From Candidatus Latescibacterota bacterium (GTDB lineage: Bacteria; Latescibacterota; UBA2968): a stretch of 64,000 nt of DNA. The translations under genes and the position numbers were made by a program. Numbering within the stretch: position 1 is the first letter of the stretch; every line of letters starts with the position of its first letter. Of this stretch, positions 56,885-64,000 are shown in pieces. Under the pieces are notes generated by a model. That model had not been told where the DNA came from and did no database searches. It saw only the letters and a list, made by a program, of their open reading frames with translations. The stretch is from NCBI GenBank assembly GCA_965116885.1, contig OZ220741.1, positions 2,528,001 to 2,592,000 of the forward strand. Reading direction: 5' to 3'.

Positions 56885-59683
56885 ATGTCATTCGATATTG
56901 CTGCAATTGCCAATGCCGATTATATCGACGCGATGTATGAGAAATACAAACAAGACCCAGATCTGGTGGATGAAAGATGGCATATATTTTTTGCGGGTTT
57001 TGATTTGGGGGTGCAGCGCGATGGTGCCGACATGACTCCAGATGCGTCAGATGAAAGCCAGGCGGAGAAAGAGGCGATGGCGTTTCTCGACGCTTATGAC
57101 ACCTTGGAGGAATATACCCGTATGGATGCGAATAGGCAGCAGGGGGCTATGGCTCTGGTCAATGCCTATCGCACATGGGGGCACCTTGTCGCCGATATCG
57201 CGCCGATGAGTTATACGCGTCCGCCGTATCCGTTGTTGGAGTTGTCTGAATACGGCTTTACAGAAGAGGACCTGGATCAAATTGTCGGCAATGGCGGATT
57301 TCTCGGTCCTACGGACGGGACGTTGCGCGACCTCGTTGCAAAGCTCAGGCAAACATACTGCGGTTCTGTGGCGGTAGAATATACGGACATTCCGTATAAG
57401 AGCCAGCACGAGTGGCTGGAACAGCACATGGAGCCGATATTAAATCGGCCGAAACTTAGCGCAGAACAATGCCGAGACCTGCTGAAAAAATTGATTGAGG
57501 CACAGGAGTTTGAACAATTTTTGCACGTTAAATATATTGGGAGAAAGCGATTTTCTATTGAGGGCGGCGAAGCACTTATCCCGATGTTGCACGCGCTTAT
57601 TGAAACGGGAGCTGCGTTAAATGTCCAGGAAATGGTGATGGGGATGGCGCATCGCGGCAGGCTCAATGTGCTCTCGCATATCATGCAAAAGCCCTATCCG
57701 GAGATATTCAGTGAGTTTGAGGGCGTTGAGGTGGGGCGCTCCGAGGGGTCGGGCGATGTAAAATACCACATGGGATTCGCCCATGAGTATGTCACGCGCG
57801 ATGGTCACACGGTGCATTTGGGTTTGACGCCCAACCCGAGTCACCTCGAATTGGTCAATCCCGTGATTGAGGGCATTGTTTGTACGAAGCAAGAGACAAA
57901 AGGCGATGTTCAGCACGAGCATATCGTACCGCTGATCATTCACGGCGATGCCGCTTTTGCCGGGCAGGGCATTGTGCCAGAGACGATTTGTTTGTCCCAT
58001 CTGGATGGCTATGATAATGGGGGTACGATTCACATTGTTGTGAATAACCAGATCGGTTTTACTGCGTTGCCCCGGGAGTCCCGTTTTACAGCGTATCCAA
58101 CAGATGTGGCGAAGATTGTTAAGATGCCCATTTTTCACGTCAATGCCGATGACCCCGAAGCTGTGGTACACGCGGCGCGCATGGCTATGGCTTATCGCCA
58201 GGCAGTGAAAAATGATGTGATTATCGACCTGTGGTGTTATCGCCGATACGGCCACAATGAATCCGACGATCCGGCTTTTACACAGCCTCTGCAATCTGCT
58301 GAAATCGCCGGGCATCCAACGGTTGTCGATCTGTATTCGAGGCGTTTGATTGAGCAAAATATCGCAACAGAAGATGATGTCGATGCGATGAAGCAGGCTG
58401 TGCGTGAGAAACTCGAGGCGGCATTCGTCGATGCGAAAAATCAAAAGACAAAACCGCGCGAGCCAAGATTTGGAGGCGCGTGGAAGGGGTTTGGGAAGGC
58501 GGGCGCAGATCGCACGGCAAAAACTGCGGTAAGCAGAGAAATATTGATTGATATTGCCGAAAAGGCGACGACGGTGCCCGAGGGATTTAACGCCTATCGC
58601 AAATTGGTGCGCCAACTCGATTACCGCATGCAAATGGTCCACGGTCAGGTGGGTATGGACTGGGGCTGTGCGGAGATGCTCGCGTTTGGCAGTTTGTTGG
58701 TCGATGGATTTCCGGTGCGATTGGCCGGGCAAGATTCACAACGGGGGACATTTAGCCACAGGCAAGCGGTGTGGCACGATATCGAAAATGGCGCGATTTA
58801 TTCACCGCTGAACCATCTATCGGATGGTCAGGGTGGTTTCAGGGTTTATAATACCATGCTTTCGGAGTTGGCGGTGCTGGGCTTTGAGTTTGGCGTGAGT
58901 TATGCCAATCCCAATAAATTGACGATCTGGGAAGCCCAGTTTGGCGATTTTGCCAATGGCGCGCAGATGATTATCGATCAGTTTATTTCCAGTTCTGAGG
59001 CCAAATGGCAAAAGATGAGCGGACTGGTGATGCTGTTGCCACATGGGTTTGAAGGCCAGGGGCCAGAGCATTCGAGCGCGCGGTTAGAGCGTTTTCAGGC
59101 GCTGTGTGCCGAAGACAATATGCAGGTGGGCTGTCCCACGTTGCCCGCGCAGTATTTTCATTTGCTGCGTCGCCAGATGCTGCGCGCATTTCGCAAGCCT
59201 CTCGTTTTGATGATGCCAAAGAGTTTGTTGCGGCTCAAAGGATCAACCTCAACGCTCGAGGATTTGTCCGAGGGGGCGTTTTATCCCGTTTTAGACGATC
59301 CCGCACAGCCCGATCCCGGCGGTGTGAAGCGCGTTGTTTTTTGTACGGGAAAGGTTTTTTTTGATCTTAAAGAAGGGCGGGACAAAAAGGGCGAGGAACG
59401 GCTCGCACTGGTGCGGATTGAGGAGCACTATCCCTTTCCGTGGGATGAGGTGGGTGCTATACTCGAGAAATACGGCGATGCGGATATTTTTTGGGGACAA
59501 GAAGAGCCGCAAAATATGGGTAGTTGGGATTTTATGGAGCCAAAACTCCGCCGATTGCTCGATAACAAAGAGCCCGTGCGCTATCTGGGTCGAAAGCCCA
59601 CGGCTGCAACGGCCACGGGTATTCAGTCGGTGCATTTGGCCGAACAGCAAGAGATCGTGGAGATGGCTCTGGATTTTTCTTAG
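56885..59683 (+). CDS. sucA: 2-oxoglutarate dehydrogenase E1
   Basis: GMAHRGRLN, GDVKYH, HGDAAFAGQG, WEAQFGDFANGAQ, GQGPEHSSAR. Confidence 0.97.
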   Translation: MSFDIAAIANADYIDAMYEKYKQDPDLVDERWHIFFAGFDLGVQRDGADMTPDASDESQAEKEAMAFLDAYDTLEEYTRMDANRQQGAMALVNAYRTWGHLVADIAPMSYTRPPYPLLELSEYGFTEEDLDQIVGNGGFLGPTDGTLRDLVAKLRQTYCGSVAVEYTDIPYKSQHEWLEQHMEPILNRPKLSAEQCRDLLKKLIEAQEFEQFLHVKYIGRKRFSIEGGEALIPMLHALIETGAALNVQEMVMGMAHRGRLNVLSHIMQKPYPEIFSEFEGVEVGRSEGSGDVKYHMGFAHEYVTRDGHTVHLGLTPNPSHLELVNPVIEGIVCTKQETKGDVQHEHIVPLIIHGDAAFAGQGIVPETICLSHLDGYDNGGTIHIVVNNQIGFTALPRESRFTAYPTDVAKIVKMPIFHVNADDPEAVVHAARMAMAYRQAVKNDVIIDLWCYRRYGHNESDDPAFTQPLQSAEIAGHPTVVDLYSRRLIEQNIATEDDVDAMKQAVREKLEAAFVDAKNQKTKPREPRFGGAWKGFGKAGADRTAKTAVSREILIDIAEKATTVPEGFNAYRKLVRQLDYRMQMVHGQVGMDWGCAEMLAFGSLLVDGFPVRLAGQDSQRGTFSHRQAVWHDIENGAIYSPLNHLSDGQGGFRVYNTMLSELAVLGFEFGVSYANPNKLTIWEAQFGDFANGAQMIIDQFISSSEAKWQKMSGLVMLLPHGFEGQGPEHSSARLERFQALCAEDNMQVGCPTLPAQYFHLLRRQMLRAFRKPLVLMMPKSLLRLKGSTSTLEDLSEGAFYPVLDDPAQPDPGGVKRVVFCTGKVFFDLKEGRDKKGEERLALVRIEEHYPFPWDEVGAILEKYGDADIFWGQEEPQNMGSWDFMEPKLRRLLDNKEPVRYLGRKPTAATATGIQSVHLAEQQEIVEMALDFS

Positions 59684-59695
59684 GGAGGCGCGTAC

Positions 59696-60877
59696 ATGCC
59701 TGTTGATGTGGTTTTGCCCGAATTGGGAGAGTCGGTGACCGATGCCATTCTGGTCGAGTGGTTGAAATCGGATGGCGAGGCCGTGACGGTGGATGAACCT
59801 TTGGCGGTTATTGAAACGGATAAAGCCGATGTCGAGTTGCCCGCGCCTTCGGCGGGTGTGTTGCATACACTGAAGGCCGATGGGGATACGATTGAGGTCG
59901 GCGAGACTATTGCCACAATCGATGAGGATGGCAAAGCCGTTTCAAAGGTTGAAGTATCGGAGAAGGTCGATACGCCTGTAGAGGCCGATGGTTTGAGTCC
60001 GGCAGTGCGTCGGTTGGTGACAGAGCACGATCTCGATCCCACGGCGATTACGGGTACGGGGAAAGACGGGCGGTTGACCAAAGAAGATGTGCTGGCGCAC
60101 CTTGAATCTGCCGCGTCCGATCCGCCCGTTTCTGAACCCGAAGCTCCTGCGCCACCTCCTGCGCCCGCTACTTCGAGCGATGGCGAGCGGCGCGAGCCTA
60201 TGAGCCATATTCGCACGCGCATTGCCGAGCGTCTGGTTTCTGCACAGCAGACAGCGGCGATGTTGACGACGTTTAATGAAGTCGATATGAGCGGTATTTT
60301 TGATTTGCGCGCGAAATACAAAGAGATGTTTGCCGATGTACACGGCATATCCCTGGGTTTGATGTCCTTTTTTGTGCGTGCCTGTGTTATTGCTTTGCAG
60401 GAATATCCCGATGTCAATGCCAGTATCGATGGTTCTGATATTGTCTATCGCGATTATGTCAATATGGGCATTGCTGTGGGTACTGATCGCGGTCTTGTCG
60501 TGCCGGTTTTAAAGTCGGCAGAGCGCATGTCTTTTGCTACTATTGAGTCCGAAATTAAGCGCGTGGCGCTCTCTGCGCGAGAAGGCAAGCTGGGGTTGGA
60601 TGAGTTGAGCGGGGGCACGTTTACAATTACCAATGGCGGGGTGTTTGGGTCGCTGTTGTCAACGCCTATTCTCAATCCGCCTCAGACGGGTATTTTGGGT
60701 ATGCACGCGATTCAGAATCGGCCTATCGCCGTGGGGGATGAGGTGGTTGTTCGCCCGATGATGTATCTGGCATTGACTTATGATCACCGCCTGATTGATG
60801 GTCAGACTTCGGTTACGTTTCTCGTTCGCGTAAAAGACTTGCTCGAAGACCCCGCGCGTATGATGCTGGAAGTGTGA
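59696..60877 (+). CDS. sucB: Dihydrolipoamide succinyltransferase E2
   Basis: Lipoyl [37 protein letters not shown]. Confidence 0.97.
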   Translation: MPVDVVLPELGESVTDAILVEWLKSDGEAVTVDEPLAVIETDKADVELPAPSAGVLHTLKADGDTIEVGETIATIDEDGKAVSKVEVSEKVDTPVEADGLSPAVRRLVTEHDLDPTAITGTGKDGRLTKEDVLAHLESAASDPPVSEPEAPAPPPAPATSSDGERREPMSHIRTRIAERLVSAQQTAAMLTTFNEVDMSGIFDLRAKYKEMFADVHGISLGLMSFFVRACVIALQEYPDVNASIDGSDIVYRDYVNMGIAVGTDRGLVVPVLKSAERMSFATIESEIKRVALSAREGKLGLDELSGGTFTITNGGVFGSLLSTPILNPPQTGILGMHAIQNRPIAVGDEVVVRPMMYLALTYDHRLIDGQTSVTFLVRVKDLLEDPARMMLEV

Positions 60878-60878
60878 T

Positions 60879-60944
60879 CCGCAGATGGACGCAGATGGAC
60901 GCAGATGACGGATAAACCGTAGGGGTGATCCCTCCTGGGTGCCC
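60879..60944 (+). repeat. Composite repeat: 3x CGCAGATGGA plus GTAG REP variant
   Basis: CCGCAGATGGACGCAGATGGACGCAGATG then GTAGGGGTGATCCCTCCTGGGTGCCC; same layout as 17285. Confidence 0.7.
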
Positions 60945-60974
60945 GAATTTTTTACCGATTTTGAGGAGCCTCTC

Positions 60975-62363
60975 GTGGCAGATGATAATACATTCGATCT
61001 CATTGTTATTGGTGCTGGACCGGGGGGATATGTGGCGGCGATTCGCGCGTCGCAATTGGGTATGCGTGTGGCATGTGTTGAGAAACAGGCATTGGGAGGT
61101 ACATGTCTGAATGTGGGCTGTATTCCGAGTAAAGCCCTTCTGGAGTCGAGTGAGTTGTTTCATCAGGCAGAGTCTTCGTTGGGTATTCACGGTGTGAAGA
61201 CCGGTGGTGTGGAACTGGATTTGATGGGTATGATGAAGCGCAAGTCCAGTATTGTGCGGAGGATGACGGGGGGTATTCGCGGGCTGTTTCGCAAGAATAA
61301 TGTGACGCATATTTCGGGGCTGGGGCGGTTGGCTGGCGATGGAAAGGTCGATGTTGACGGGGATATTTATTCGGCAGAGCGTATTTTGATTGCTACGGGT
61401 AGTTCTGCTATTGAGTTGCCCAATTTACTTTTTGATGGTGAGTATGTGATTAGTTCTACCGAGGCGTTGGCACTGGATGAGGTGCCCGGGAAGATGATTG
61501 TTATTGGCGCAGGTGCGATCGGTCTCGAGTTGGGGTCGGTGTGGCATCGCCTGGGGGCAGAGGTGCATGTGGTGGAATTTCTCGATGGGGTGACGCCGAC
61601 GATGGACCGCGAATTGTCCCTCGGTTTGCAGAAGGTGCTGGAGAAGCAGGGGCTGAGGTTTTCGTTTGAGACGCGCGCGGAGTCGGCGGAGGTTCGCGAT
61701 GGGAAGGTGGTTGTGACTCTCGCACAGGGCGAGGAGACGACTTCTGAGATGTGTGACCGATTGCTGGTCGCTGTTGGGCGAAGGCCAAATACCGATGGGC
61801 TGGGTGGCGAAGATGTGGGGTTGGAGATGGATGACCAGGGGCGCATTCTGGTTGATGAAGTATTTGAGACAAATTTGCCCGGTGTCTATGCGATTGGCGA
61901 TGTGATTCCCGGTCCGATGCTGGCGCACAAGGCAGAGGAAGAGGGTGTGGCTGCGGTGGAATGTATGGCGGGAGAGGCGGGGCATGTGAATTATGGCGCG
62001 ATTCCCAATGTGGTGTACACGCATCCAGAACTGGCATCGGTGGGGCTGACAGAGGAGCAGGTTGTGGCGGATGGCATTCCCTATAAGGTGGGCAAGTTTC
62101 CAATAGCAGCCAATGGTCGCGCACATACGCTACAGGCGGTGGATGGAGAGGTGAAGATTATTGTCCACGAGAAGACGGATCGCGTTATGGGTATTCACAT
62201 TCTATCTGCACGCGCGTCCGATATGCTCGCCGAAGGGGTTCTGGCAATGGAATTTTCCGCGAGTGCAGAGGATATCGCGCGAACGATGCACGCGCATCCC
62301 ACGCTTCCAGAGGCGTTGAAGGAGGCCGCGTTGAATGTGGAGGATGAGGCGATTCACATTTGA
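60975..62363 (+). CDS. lpdA: Dihydrolipoyl dehydrogenase E3
   Basis: GAGPGGY, GGTCLNVGCIPSK, HAHPTLPE; GTG 60975 after GAGGAG. Confidence 0.97.
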   Translation: MADDNTFDLIVIGAGPGGYVAAIRASQLGMRVACVEKQALGGTCLNVGCIPSKALLESSELFHQAESSLGIHGVKTGGVELDLMGMMKRKSSIVRRMTGGIRGLFRKNNVTHISGLGRLAGDGKVDVDGDIYSAERILIATGSSAIELPNLLFDGEYVISSTEALALDEVPGKMIVIGAGAIGLELGSVWHRLGAEVHVVEFLDGVTPTMDRELSLGLQKVLEKQGLRFSFETRAESAEVRDGKVVVTLAQGEETTSEMCDRLLVAVGRRPNTDGLGGEDVGLEMDDQGRILVDEVFETNLPGVYAIGDVIPGPMLAHKAEEEGVAAVECMAGEAGHVNYGAIPNVVYTHPELASVGLTEEQVVADGIPYKVGKFPIAANGRAHTLQAVDGEVKIIVHEKTDRVMGIHILSARASDMLAEGVLAMEFSASAEDIARTMHAHPTLPEALKEAALNVEDEAIHI

Positions 62364-62369
62364 GAAAAC

Positions 62370-62658
62370 TTGACATTGCCTGTTTATATATGTAGCTTTA
62401 AAAACATCACCTTTAAGGTTTAATCTAATGACATCCTCTGACACGCATACATCTATCGCTCACCAGACTATGATCGTTTTGCTGGTGAGAAAGGCCGCGT
62501 CCTGAAGACGGGTTTTAGGGGATAGGTGTGTCTATGCGTGAAAGAAGGGATCTTGCCTGATTTGTTCATAAAATAAATAAAATGAACGGTTTAGGCTTGA
62601 TTGCAATTTATTTTTTAAGGCTGTGGCACACATTGTGACCACAGCCTTTTCTTTTTTT
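62370..62658 (+). promoter_or_regulatory. Promoter, structured leader and attenuator-like terminator upstream of ABC-F
   Basis: TTGACA-N17-TAGCTT; nested stems 62442-62540; AAGGCTGTGG...CCACAGCCTT plus T tract (62617-62658). Confidence 0.65.
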
Positions 62659-62671
62659 GAAAGTGCGACCA

Positions 62672-64000
62672 ATGACCATTTTAGAATTACATCATATTGC
62701 AATGGCTTACGGTGCTCAGGATGTGCTGATCGATGTGTCTTTTAAGATCAATAAAGGTGAGAAGGTTGGTTTGATCGGTGACAACGGCTGCGGAAAGACC
62801 ACCATTTTAAAACTGATTGCTGGTATTGAAAGACCCGTTTCTGGCACTGTGAGTAAGGTAAAAGGCATATCTACGGGGTATCTCGCGCAGCATCTGAAAT
62901 TTCAGGCGGGAAGGCGTGTTGAAGAAGAAATCGCCTCGGTATTTGAAGCAGTCAATCGGATGCAGCGCAAAATGCGCGAACTGGAAGCTCAGATGGCAAA
63001 TGGTGCGTCCGATCAGATTAATGGGGTGATGGAACAGTATGGGCGCTTACAGGAGGCTTTTGAGCGGGCAGATGGCTATGCTTGTCAGGCAAAAATTGAT
63101 GCGGTCATAGATGGACTGGGTATAGGGGCTTGGCGGGACCAATCTGTCGATGTATTGAGTGGCGGCGAAAAGAATCTGGTGGGCTTGGCAAAAATTCTGC
63201 TGGGGGAGCCTGATCTGCTGTTGCTGGATGAACCGGGCAATCACCTCGATTTTGAAGGATTGGCCTGGTTAGAGGCATTTTTGCAAAATTTGGATCGAAC
63301 GGTGATTCTGGTATCACATGATCGCTATATGCTGGACCGGGTTGTGAATCGGGTCGTGGAAGTTGAAGATGGAAAAGCCAGCACATATATGGGCAATTAT
63401 TCGGCCTACCGCGCAGAAAAAATGCGTCAGTTGCTCTTGCAGAAAGCGGCATACGACAACCAGCAGAAAGAAATTCAACGACTGGAGGAGATGATCAAGC
63501 GTTTTGAATTGTGGGGTGGAGAAAAAAATATACGGCGTGCGAGAAATAAGGGAAAAATGCTGGACCGCATGGACCGGATCCATCGACCAGTCATGGACCG
63601 CCAGCGCATTGATCCTGCATTTGGCGCGATTCAAGGCAGTGGAAAAATTGCTTTAGAGTTGCGAAAGTACGGACGCAAAGCGGGTGAGCGCACGCTGTTT
63701 CGAGATGTTGATTTGCTGGTGCAATCGGGTGAGCGCGTCGGATTGGTTGGGGGTAATGGGACAGGTAAATCCCTGCTATTTAAGGATATTGTTGCCGAGG
63801 CTGCCTGGGAACATCCCACAATGCGAATCGGTCCACGCATTCAATTGGGATATTACGCACAAGAACACGAGACCTTAAATGACAACCGAACCATTCTCGA
63901 AGAGATCTGTTTGTCGGGTGAGTTGAACCGCGATCAGGGAGGTGGAGTGTTGTCCAGGTTTTTATTTGGATGGCGTGATTTGGACAAAAAGGTCGGCAAT
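62672..64000 (+). CDS. ABC-F family ATPase (ribosome-associated), 3' end runs off the window
   Basis: Not in ORF track. Manual translation MTILELHHIAMAYG...GDNGCGKTT...LSGGEK...LLLDEPGNHLD...VSHDRY...YMGNYS...GGNGTGKS; two NBDs, no TM. Confidence 0.92.
   Translation, partial: MTILELHHIAMAYGAQDVLIDVSFKINKGEKVGLIGDNGCGKTTILKLIAGIERPVSGTVSKVKGISTGYLAQHLKFQAGRRVEEEIASVFEAVNRMQRKMRELEAQMANGASDQINGVMEQYGRLQEAFERADGYACQAKIDAVIDGLGIGAWRDQSVDVLSGGEKNLVGLAKILLGEPDLLLLDEPGNHLDFEGLAWLEAFLQNLDRTVILVSHDRYMLDRVVNRVVEVEDGKASTYMGNYSAYRAEKMRQLLLQKAAYDNQQKEIQRLEEMIKRFELWGGEKNIRRARNKGKMLDRMDRIHRPVMDRQRIDPAFGAIQGSGKIALELRKYGRKAGERTLFRDVDLLVQSGERVGLVGGNGTGKSLLFKDIVAEAAWEHPTMRIGPRIQLGYYAQEHETLNDNRTILEEICLSGELNRDQGGGVLSRFLFGWRDLDKKVGN

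Overview
Bacterial chromosomal window with no rRNA, CRISPR array, integrase or transposase recognised. A PorV-like barrel, an HmuY, TonB-dependent/porin genes and a dockerin/EF-hand repeat suggest a diderm FCB-group organism such as Latescibacterota/Gemmatimonadota (inference only). Layout: (1) 1-4.1 kb catabolic genes; (2) tRNA-Val and the ffh-rpsP-rimM-trmD-rplS block with rpe and a PASTA protein; (3) hrpA, a heterodimeric ABC exporter, NHL protein, aldolase and MFS, interspersed with REP-like repeats; (4) an AT-richer accessory/defence-like island at about 22.5-30.5 kb (HExxH peptidase, FRG protein, YjzC-like paralogues, HTH-nuclease, soluble+4TM pair, PIN TA, clustered 16-18 bp repeats, duplicated hairpin leaders); (5) hydrolases, HNH, sulfatase and a sigma-70 factor with a long repeat-bearing leader; (6) a 14.6 kb iron/heme locus (two divergent ferritins, hmuTUV, IsdG-like, dockerin-HmuY, TBDR, DUF1111, imelysin, two porins, PepSY/BNR, FMN-binding protein); (7) sucA-sucB-lpdA and a truncated ABC-F gene with an attenuator-like leader. 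The best novelty candidates are antisense promoter-hairpin-terminator units inside the iron operon, the RexAB/Kiwa-like gene pair and cassette-like repeats in the island, the UCCCC-repeat sigma leader and the dockerin-fused hemophore. All family calls are from motif recognition by eye, not database searches.
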